Source: Candidatus Hermodarchaeota archaeon (GTDB lineage: Archaea; Asgardarchaeota; Heimdallarchaeia; Hodarchaeales; Hodarchaeaceae). Taken from it: a stretch of DNA of 32,000 nucleotides. A model generated the notes under the pieces. That model did not search any database. It saw only the letters and a list, made by a program, of their open reading frames with translations, and had not been told where the DNA came from. The position numbers and the translations under genes are program-made. The DNA lies in contig JBHLKY010000016.1 of NCBI GenBank assembly GCA_048886185.1, positions 60,001 through 92,000 of the forward strand, written 5' to 3'. Shown one piece after another: positions 24,773 to 32,000 of the stretch; within the stretch, counting starts at the first letter, position 1; each line of letters opens with the position of its first letter.

Positions 24773-25615
24773 TTAGGATTCTACGTTCACACCGATAAAG
24801 GTATCCGCGGGGCATGAAAAGTATACAGAATTACCTTTAGGTATTGGAATGTAAAGATCATCTAGTTCTAAGATTGGTACCCCTTCTTGAAGGTAAATGG
24901 CTAATATGGGTTTCTTTGTTTTACAATTCGATGTTTTGCCATCTTTGGGAATGCAATAAAAAGCAATTCTGCCCTCTGTAGCTGCTGTTGAAATATGAAG
25001 GGTAGTCAAAATAAGGTCTTGATTAGTGGCTTTGAATAGTAATATAGCCCTAGTTTCAGGTATAGCTGTGTCCACTTCCTCACTATAGTACACCATTTCC
25101 ATTTTTTCTGATTCAATTCGTTGTGATTCGACTATTGGTGGAGAAGGTTTAAGCGAGCTCTCTACTGTTTTTGTTTTCATTGGAGTTTGTGTTTTAATTG
25201 AGTCAACCTTTTTTAAGGTAGTAGGATGAGTGATTATTTCTGTTGGTTTAGAATCTGGCAGGTCAATCGATATTGAAGGAGGGGAAACCTCTAATAGAGT
25301 ACTAGCTCCAATCTCTTTACCTTTAAGACTATCAATAAAATCCCAAAATTTCAAAGTTTCATTTCCTTGATCTTCTGTGGATATTTTATGAGTAAGACCT
25401 CTTTCAAGTCTCATTTGTCGTGCAATTTGGGAGCTAATGAATCGTTTTCGAACCGAAGAATTTGAACCAGTCCAAATGAAGATATCTCGATTTTCTTCAT
25501 CAAGAAAAATGAGGACTTCTGTTTCTTTCATATCCTTATCAGGACTTGTGAATTTAACTGGAACATATTCACCATCCATTGATGGTACGAAGACATGTAC
25601 GCTCTGTTCATTCAT
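24773..25615 (-). CDS. Single gelsolin-like domain protein with a Ser/Thr/Pro/Lys linker and a C-terminal beta-sandwich domain
   Basis: EVLIFLDEENRDIFIWTGSNSSVRKRFISSQIARQM...EDQGNETLKFWDFI matches the gelsolin repeat consensus (lD...ifvW.G..s....r..a..ia......v.qG.E...Fw). Confidence 0.85.
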   Translation of the reverse strand: MNEQSVHVFVPSMDGEYVPVKFTSPDKDMKETEVLIFLDEENRDIFIWTGSNSSVRKRFISSQIARQMRLERGLTHKISTEDQGNETLKFWDFIDSLKGKEIGASTLLEVSPPSISIDLPDSKPTEIITHPTTLKKVDSIKTQTPMKTKTVESSLKPSPPIVESQRIESEKMEMVYYSEEVDTAIPETRAILLFKATNQDLILTTLHISTAATEGRIAFYCIPKDGKTSNCKTKKPILAIYLQEGVPILELDDLYIPIPKGNSVYFSCPADTFIGVNVES

Positions 25616-25947
25616 TGTTAAACCTCTCTAACGAATAAGAAAATTCCTTTCTCTTTAATGTTTTGCATTGTTTCATCAAGCTGAACCAAGTTCGTAAAGT
25701 ACTACAATTTTGGAATTCTTTTTATGAATTAAATACAGTATTTTGAGTGTATGATATGTTAAAATATTTTGTATTCATATGAATGCAGTGAAAAATACCA
25801 TTCTCATCTAAAAATTGTGATTTAAGTGTTATAAACTAAAAACAGGGTAGAGATTAAGAGAGCGATAAAAAAGTTTATATTATTCAGTTAAAAGGAACGA
25901 TTAAACTGGTATTAAAAGTTATTTAGATAATTATCTCTTAAGTCTTT

Positions 25948-26049
25948 GCGGAGGTACCAAAGTGGCTATAATATCGGGATTAATAGCCCTATTGGCTAAG
26001 GAGCAGCCTGCAAAGCTGTATTACGCGTGTTCAAATCACGCCCTCCGCT
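25948..26049 (+). tRNA. trnC: tRNA-Cys(GCA) with a 30-nt non-canonical intron in the D-arm; CCA not encoded
   Basis: Acceptor GCGGAGG/CCTCCGC with U73 discriminator; anticodon arm GCAGC-CTGCAAA-GCTGT (GCA at 26010-26012); T-arm GCGTG-TTCAAAT-CACGC. Removing 25970-25999 gives a 72-nt tRNA with D-stem CCA/TGG. Confidence 0.9.
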
Positions 26050-26094
26050 ATTTCTTCTGATCAGTCTTAAAATTTCTAGGTAAAACTTCTTTAT

Positions 26095-26100
26095 GAGGAG
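26095..26100 (+). promoter_or_regulatory. Shine-Dalgarno-like ribosome binding site
   Basis: GAGGAG ends 5 nt before the ATG at 26106. Confidence 0.55.
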
Positions 26101-26105
26101 TAACA

Positions 26106-27911
26106 ATGGCTACTACTCTTTTTGATGTTGTTGTACTTGATACTAATTTCTTCATTTCCTTACTGAATGCTGGTGTATCAGATATATTATTACCCAATTT
26201 ACAACATATTGCTACTTCCGTTGGTATGGATGTAATGGTTCCCGAGGAACTTCCAAAATCAGATATCCCAAACCGATTTCGAGAATTAAGAAGCCTAATT
26301 CCAAAACATGTTCGGATGGAGCGAGTTAATCGTGGATCTAATCTTTGGAATCAAACAGCTAGATATGCGGTACAAGAACGAATGGTTAGGGTAAATGATG
26401 ATCCTACTGATATAGATGTTATAATCCTAGCAAAAAAATTTTCGCTTAAGGATAACAATAAGGTTGCTTTAGTATCTGATGATGAGGGAGTTGCTCGAAT
26501 TGTTAAAGAAAACCAAAAATTCAAGGGGATTGATCATCTTTCCTGTGGTTCATTTGTTTCTATTCTTGCTGCAGCAGTATCAGATCCAAAAATGCGAGAT
26601 ATTTTAGACAAGACTGTTGAACGTGTATTTCGTGCTTCTTGGAGTTACAAGAAGAAAACACGACGATATATCGATGTTGCCATGTTGATCAGTGATTTAA
26701 CTGATACAGCTCGATTTGTACGGACTGCAGCTCAGGTTGGTGTTGAACCTTCAATCGAGGAGATCAAGGAAGATAGCGTTGAGCCTATTCCTACGAAAGA
26801 GCCTGAGGTCATGAGACCTGAAGATGCTTTAATTATTGCTCAACAATTAGTGATTAAAGCAAGAGAGACACGTGAGAGCTTTAATGTGCTGGAGGCAGAA
26901 CGAGTTCTTATTGAAATCCTAACGAAAAGTTCTGAACTGATCTATACAATTGATAATCTTGAACAGCGGGTGATTGTTGAACGTTTGCTTCGTTCAGAGC
27001 TGTTTGAACATCATAGCTGGCTCCTAGATTATAAATTAACACGAAATCAAATTGTAGAGGCTTTTGTCCACGCGGAAGCATGCCGTGTTTTCATGAATTT
27101 TATATCGGTTGGAAGAGAGGCCATTGAAAATCTTATTTCTCTTCAAGGTTTATTATATTTATTGTTAGGTCAATATACTCAAGCTCTTCACTTATTTGAA
27201 TCAATTCCTGTAATTGAGACTGAAATGCCTCCAACTCAGCTCCTTGGGCTTACTGTTTCGTTAATAGCGACTAACCAGTTAAATGATGCATTCTTACAAT
27301 TGAAACGTTTTCCAGCTCTTCTTGACGGTATGATATCATCGATGCATACTTATGCAAATGATCTTTATACTCATGATCAGCGTGAATTAGCTATAGAAAT
27401 CCTTAAATTTATAGTTAAGAATTTTGGCGACCGTAAAGAGACTTTCCCTTCAATTAAGCGACTTTTTATTCTCACTAGGATTCGACCAGACCTTGTGGAA
27501 ATTGATTTAAAAGTTCAAAAATTTTTTAAAGAAAAATTAAAAGAGGAGGGAAAAGATCTTACATCACGGGGTATCCCTTCTTCTTGGCGGAAGATGCTTC
27601 CCATTGAAATTCCTGCTGCTGAAACTAAGGAACTAATTGAGCAGTTTAAGGGCTTTTATCATATACTAGATTTAGTTGTAGATCATGAACGTAATGAATT
27701 GAACGTTATTGCCTGGAATGAGAGTAATAATTCAACATGGAAGCTTGTTTTTGATGAAGCATATAAACCTGCATTAGAGGAGAGTGTAAAAATCAAAATA
27801 ACTTCTGGAAGTATTATAAAAATCCATCAATCTGAAAAAAGGGAGAATTATCGTGGCAAAATAATATTTGAAGATCCTGCGATTCAACCTGTTCTTGTTA
27901 AACCTTGGTAG
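26106..27911 (+). CDS. PIN-domain protein with C-terminal helical (TPR-like) region and terminal beta domain
   Basis: VVVLDTNFFI (D12), DPTDIDVIILA (D102/D104) and ALVSDDEGV (D125/D126) give the PIN acidic cluster; aa 240-470 show helical-repeat patterning. Confidence 0.78.
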   Translation: MATTLFDVVVLDTNFFISLLNAGVSDILLPNLQHIATSVGMDVMVPEELPKSDIPNRFRELRSLIPKHVRMERVNRGSNLWNQTARYAVQERMVRVNDDPTDIDVIILAKKFSLKDNNKVALVSDDEGVARIVKENQKFKGIDHLSCGSFVSILAAAVSDPKMRDILDKTVERVFRASWSYKKKTRRYIDVAMLISDLTDTARFVRTAAQVGVEPSIEEIKEDSVEPIPTKEPEVMRPEDALIIAQQLVIKARETRESFNVLEAERVLIEILTKSSELIYTIDNLEQRVIVERLLRSELFEHHSWLLDYKLTRNQIVEAFVHAEACRVFMNFISVGREAIENLISLQGLLYLLLGQYTQALHLFESIPVIETEMPPTQLLGLTVSLIATNQLNDAFLQLKRFPALLDGMISSMHTYANDLYTHDQRELAIEILKFIVKNFGDRKETFPSIKRLFILTRIRPDLVEIDLKVQKFFKEKLKEEGKDLTSRGIPSSWRKMLPIEIPAAETKELIEQFKGFYHILDLVVDHERNELNVIAWNESNNSTWKLVFDEAYKPALEESVKIKITSGSIIKIHQSEKRENYRGKIIFEDPAIQPVLVKPW

Positions 27912-27952
27912 ATAATTAAGAAGCTTGAAGCGAGTCACAATCCAAGCGATGA

Positions 27953-28939
27953 TTACCTAAAGTTAAATTCCTCCCATATTTTTTCATAGGCTTTTATTTC
28001 TCCTATAAGAGGATCTTTTTCTAAGAATTTTGAAATATGTCCTGAAATCGGAAAGAAAATCTCATAACAGTCCATGATTAATGAAGAGATATATTCAGGT
28101 TGAATAATCTCGTAGTATTTATTCCAGATTTTAACAATTGGGCTTATATCACGTGTAATCTCCTTTGAGTTTCTATGGGGGATTTTTTGCGTCCAGTCAT
28201 GGTTTTTTTTGATGATTGATCGAAGACAAATTTTGGAGGGTGAAGCAGCAATAATTACCTCTTTCGATTGCATATGAAAGAGTTTGGCAATTGTTGCAGA
28301 TCCAATCTTATTAAGAACTTGCCCGTTAGAATGAATAACATCTGCTCCTAGAACAGCTACTTCTGCAATTTGTGAGAATTCATCGATTGCAAAATCAATA
28401 CCCAGGTGAATATTTTTAAATTCTACATTTGCTAATATATTTGCTATTCGTTCTCCTTCTTTAAGCGGACGTGATTCCAGAATAAAAATTTCTTTATCAC
28501 GAAATCCCTTTTCTGCTAACTGTAATAGCGCATTGGTTACAGTTGATGAATGAGAAAATGTTAGAATAGATTTTTTGTCTTGTAAAACTTTAGCAAGTTT
28601 TTCAATAGTATTAATTTCGCCAATCCTCATTTGTTCGCGGCGTGTTGCAAAAATTAATTCAATTGCTGCCTTAGGGTCTCCATTACGAATTGTATCAGGT
28701 TCAATAAGTTGAATCAATTTCAAAAAAACTGGTAGAAGAGCGTTTTCAATACTCGCCATAGGATGAGTATCAAGTAATAGTTCAATTGCTGTTTTCAAGC
28801 TATATTTATCCAATCTGGTGTTCAATCGAAAACATTCACGTTTAAGGGTGCTTAAACATTTATCAGCGATTTTTGCTGCACCACTTTGAGTGTCATTATG
28901 AATTGCTTTGACTTCTCTTCGGAACACATTGGATAGCAA
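27953..28939 (-). CDS. eIF2B alpha/beta/delta-family (IF-2B) protein
   Basis: DTQSGAAKIA, ILTFSHSSTV, ILESRPLKEG, LGADVIHSNGQVLNKIGS, YYEIIQPEYISSLI. Confidence 0.88.
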   Translation of the reverse strand: MLSNVFRREVKAIHNDTQSGAAKIADKCLSTLKRECFRLNTRLDKYSLKTAIELLLDTHPMASIENALLPVFLKLIQLIEPDTIRNGDPKAAIELIFATRREQMRIGEINTIEKLAKVLQDKKSILTFSHSSTVTNALLQLAEKGFRDKEIFILESRPLKEGERIANILANVEFKNIHLGIDFAIDEFSQIAEVAVLGADVIHSNGQVLNKIGSATIAKLFHMQSKEVIIAASPSKICLRSIIKKNHDWTQKIPHRNSKEITRDISPIVKIWNKYYEIIQPEYISSLIMDCYEIFFPISGHISKFLEKDPLIGEIKAYEKIWEEFNFR

Positions 28940-29093
28940 TTAAACCACTACTTTTACTGCAAAATAATGAAAATCAAGTAAATTGTAATTCATCAGAACT
29001 TTCCGAATTATTTGATCTATGATAAAACACATGTAAAATTTTGATTTTAAACAATTTCATTCTGATTCTCGCATTCTCGAAAAGCGTACATAA

Positions 29094-29789
29094 TTAATAT
29101 TTTGTCTTTTTTATTCTAGTATGCACTAAAGTGAATTCTTTAGCTAATTTCCCCAATTCACTTGCTTCTTGTATATTAAGATGATAAGGTGATTTTTTAT
29201 CAATATTATTAGTCGCTTCAATGTATGCATGGGAGGCATTTCTCAGAAAATTGGGAAGATTTTCGTTCATACCTGTATCCCCAGTGAAAACAAGCCATTT
29301 TTCTTTTCCTTTGAATATGGAGTATCCTAGTGCAGGAATTTCATCTAATATTCCATGAGAGAGGGTCGATCCCATATGTTTCATTTGAGCTGTGACAATC
29401 TTCACTTCCTCTGAAATATAGATTTTATCTTGAGACTGTAAACTGGAAGTTTTAAGATCAAAAGGTATAGTCTCTCGATATGACGTTGAAAATAAATTAA
29501 TCAGACCTTCTATTTCAATAGAACGTGAGGGGTAATAAATCTTAACTGGAGAGGACTGTCCAATCATTCGTAAAAAACCTAGTAGGGAAAATAGCCCTCC
29601 ACAGTGATCATAGTGGCCATGTGTGAGAAATATATGCAATGGAACAGATAACGGAAAAGATATTCCTTCTTTCAGTAAATCTCGGATGATACCGTCTCCC
29701 ACATCTAGTAAGATAATCATTCTCTGAGGTTCTTGTACTAGGATCTGAGTGGCAATTCCAGCACTAGAATATAGAACTTTGTGATACAA
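29094..29789 (-). CDS. Metallo-beta-lactamase superfamily hydrolase, RNase Z-like
   Basis: LLDVGDG, THGHYDH (HxHxDH), MKH, FTGDT, YHLNIQEA, LVH. Confidence 0.85.
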   Translation of the reverse strand: MYHKVLYSSAGIATQILVQEPQRMIILLDVGDGIIRDLLKEGISFPLSVPLHIFLTHGHYDHCGGLFSLLGFLRMIGQSSPVKIYYPSRSIEIEGLINLFSTSYRETIPFDLKTSSLQSQDKIYISEEVKIVTAQMKHMGSTLSHGILDEIPALGYSIFKGKEKWLVFTGDTGMNENLPNFLRNASHAYIEATNNIDKKSPYHLNIQEASELGKLAKEFTLVHTRIKKTKY

Positions 29790-29798
29790 TATAATGAC

Positions 29799-30881
29799 CT
29801 AGTCTGGGAAAGAATTCCAATTCAAAAGTTTTTCAATCAATTGACATCGGAGAATAACTTCATTCTGAATACCTGTTTCTCCTCCGAAGATATCAGTCAT
29901 CCCCTGTATATGAATGATACTCATTAGAATCATCAACGCTAAATGGAAATTCACAGGTATATAGTTTCCTTCTGAATAATATTTTGAGAATGAAGTTTGT
30001 TCATGAGCTAAGACTTCATTATATCCAGAAAGGAAGGATTTTATGTTCATTCGAAATTTCGTTAATGATTTATCTTGACGATATTGGTCAACAGCCTCAA
30101 CAGCAAAGAAATTACAGATATCCTCTAAACGATCATGTTCTGTGGATGTATCCAAATATTCCGGATCAATAAGATGTGTGTGGATCATTGGAGTTTGGCC
30201 TATTCGAACATCAAAGATTAAATTCCCAGGGTGAAAGTCTCCAAAGCTTAAAGATCCTGATGATTTAGAGGTTTGTTCTGCTCGAGGCACTACTTCGGCA
30301 AAGAGGTTTGTTAGAACTTGTTTGTAATCCTTTGTAGCTGGTAAGTTCTCCAAACTTCTTGATAAAAGCAGTTTATATTTATCAAACCAACATCGGCTTG
30401 ATTTTGAACCATGAAAAGCGGCAAGACCTCTTCCTGCATATCTATATTTTTGAGGTCGAGGGATTTTTGAATCACGAAAAACGTCTCCTTGGATCCCTTC
30501 CATTACTATAACACTTCTGGAGAAAAATATGACAGCTGCTGAAGAGATTCCAAAATGAGAGTATCTTTCCTGCGAAAGACGAGTCTGAAGGATGTTTATT
30601 CGTTTAACAACCTCTAAGGCTTGCTCCTGTTTATCATATATCTTGACAGCTATACTTGCTTCATCTGAGCCTAAATCTGAATCGAGTTGAACTTTAACAA
30701 TATGAATACCTGTTGCACCTAATTTCCGCTCAACTGTAATATTTCGGACTTCGATGGTATTTGGAGTTTGATTATAAGATTTTTCTAGACATAAAACGAA
30801 ATATTCAGAGAAACCTTCAATTATTCGCATTAAAACTGCTTTTAACCGCTCTGGGTGGGAATCATTCATGTTAGCTTTCAA
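29799..30881 (-). CDS. APH/choline-kinase-family phosphotransferase (protein-kinase-like fold)
   Basis: LGATG loop, IAVKIY lysine, VIVMEGI hinge, FGDFHPGNLIF catalytic loop, LIDPE Mg-binding motif. Confidence 0.85.
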   Translation of the reverse strand: MKANMNDSHPERLKAVLMRIIEGFSEYFVLCLEKSYNQTPNTIEVRNITVERKLGATGIHIVKVQLDSDLGSDEASIAVKIYDKQEQALEVVKRINILQTRLSQERYSHFGISSAAVIFFSRSVIVMEGIQGDVFRDSKIPRPQKYRYAGRGLAAFHGSKSSRCWFDKYKLLLSRSLENLPATKDYKQVLTNLFAEVVPRAEQTSKSSGSLSFGDFHPGNLIFDVRIGQTPMIHTHLIDPEYLDTSTEHDRLEDICNFFAVEAVDQYRQDKSLTKFRMNIKSFLSGYNEVLAHEQTSFSKYYSEGNYIPVNFHLALMILMSIIHIQGMTDIFGGETGIQNEVILRCQLIEKLLNWNSFPD

Positions 30882-30976
30882 TCTATCTTCACCGCTAATA
30901 AATTTATTTCAATCATTAAAACAAGAAAAAACAAATAATTCTATAAATAAAAAAGCAATTCCGGTGAAAATTAGCC

Positions 30977-31525
30977 ATGATACTATCTTATCAAGATATT
31001 TTAGCAGCAATTGAAGCTCATGAGATATTTATCTCCCCATTTGATGGCTCTGCTGTAGGCCCATGTAGTATTGACCTAAAACTAGGTGATACCTTTTTAG
31101 TATTCCATCATGGCAGGTTGTTCCGCCCTAATGATCGAGAAGCCATTTTGAAAAATTCTGAAGTGTTTAGGATTAAGGAGGATGAGGTGTTTCTTTTGTC
31201 ACCTAATCAATTTGTTCTTGCTTCAACACTTGAAAAAATATCAATTTCAAAGAAGTATGCTGCCACTCTGGAGGGGAAATCCTCAATCGCAAGATTGGGG
31301 ATTGTTGTCCAAGCTGCAGGATTGGTGAATCCAGGTACAGGTTTAAAGGATCCTACGACGTTAACACTTGAAATAGCTCATCAAGCGAATTCACCAGTGG
31401 AATTAATACCAGGAATGCCTATTATTCAGATAATTTTTCATCGTTTAACCTCTGAATCTCAGATTGGGTATGATGATAGAGAAGGAAGCCAATATAAAGG
31501 CCTAGATGCGGAACCAAGAGTCTAG
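30977..31525 (+). CDS. dcd: dCTP deaminase (trimeric dUTPase superfamily)
   Basis: PCSIDLKLG, LSPNQFVLASTLE, GKSSIARLGI, TLEI catalytic Glu, IIQIIF, C-terminal YKG motif. Confidence 0.88.
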   Translation: MILSYQDILAAIEAHEIFISPFDGSAVGPCSIDLKLGDTFLVFHHGRLFRPNDREAILKNSEVFRIKEDEVFLLSPNQFVLASTLEKISISKKYAATLEGKSSIARLGIVVQAAGLVNPGTGLKDPTTLTLEIAHQANSPVELIPGMPIIQIIFHRLTSESQIGYDDREGSQYKGLDAEPRV

Positions 31526-31567
31526 TCAAATTTGTAACTGATTGATTATCTATTCTAAAATGATGTT

Positions 31568-32000
31568 TCAAAGTTTCCTTTTACTAGTACTACTTTTTGC
31601 TTTGTTAATGAATAAAATGTATATGATTCCAAGGGCTATTATCAATAATATAAAAACCAGAGTATAAGGAAGTTCTGGAATACTCGTTGAAGTGTGAACA
31701 TACTCTCTCTTTGCCTCTGCAAGCCAAGTGATACAATTTAGTGCTAAAATGCTGTTTGTCAAGCTATCTCCATTATATGCATAATTTGAGAACCCAATAT
31801 TATCAAAAACTAGATCCGAGCCGAAAAGTAAAACCCTTCCTCCCATAGGATTTTTATAAGAGGCCATTGTCGGATTCTCATTGTATTCCGCAATAACTTG
31901 AGTATTTGACCCTGTTATTTGAATATAGTTGCCACGAAAAGGAAAAGAGGAAATATCCGCTGTAAAATCCTGTGGGTTGACAATGTCACTCATAACGGGG
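31568..32000 (-). CDS. C-terminal part of a membrane-anchored surface protein (GldG/DUF4350-like alpha/beta segment); start lies beyond the window
   Basis: The frame stays open to base 32000. GRVLLFGSDLVFDN...NSILALNCITWL, then a Ser/Thr spacer, TM LVFILLIIALGIIYILFI and basic tail KAKSSTSKRKL. Confidence 0.75.
   Translation of the reverse strand, partial: PVMSDIVNPQDFTADISSFPFRGNYIQITGSNTQVIAEYNENPTMASYKNPMGGRVLLFGSDLVFDNIGFSNYAYNGDSLTNSILALNCITWLAEAKREYVHTSTSIPELPYTLVFILLIIALGIIYILFINKAKSSTSKRKL

Noticed and set aside
16885-30172. Remaining overlapping ORFs (16885-17190, 17647-17853, 18700-18939, 19805-20071, 21296-21664, 23856-24098, 25437-25631, 29984-30172)
   Set aside because: Each is antisense to a longer, motif-supported gene. 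The Gly/Glu run in 17647-17853 is just the reverse complement of the polyproline codons.
15878-30881. Frequent TTG/GTG starts as a special translation feature
   Set aside because: The ORF track extends to the most upstream possible start and several genes have nearby in-frame alternatives, so the pattern may be an artefact.
1-32000. CRISPR array, rRNA, intact transposase or integrase
   Set aside because: No regularly spaced DNA repeats, rRNA-like GC-rich structured segments, or DDE/tyrosine-recombinase motifs were seen by eye.

Overview
AT-rich, gene-dense archaeal window, most likely from an Asgard archaeon (Heimdallarchaeia/Hodarchaeales-like). This is inferred from co-occurring eukaryotic-signature proteins: a DNA polymerase epsilon-like PolB, a longin/uDENN-TPR protein, SNAP-like TPR proteins and a gelsolin-domain protein. 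Left end: two solitary gamma-class (TaqI/Eco57I-like) adenine methyltransferases. The first runs off the window and is missing from the ORF track; the second is divergent from the 1453-aa Pol epsilon-like gene. Middle: aldo-keto reductase, GNAT, a decayed patch with a RelE-like pseudogene, then a polytopic membrane protein with beta-hairpin repeats and a polyproline tract, convergent with a 3-gene cluster (hypothetical, SNAP-like/Ig-repeat protein, longin-TPR protein with an FLCN/SMCR8-like arginine-finger motif). Right: Nudix CoA pyrophosphatase, class II HMG-CoA reductase, gelsolin fused to a possible nucleoplasmin-like jelly roll, tRNA-Cys(GCA) with a 30-nt D-arm intron, PIN-helical protein, eIF2B-like protein, RNase Z-like MBL hydrolase, APH-family kinase, dCTP deaminase and a partial surface protein. 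No CRISPR array, rRNA or intact mobile element was seen. All family assignments come from motif reading by eye and recalled reference sequences, not from database searches.
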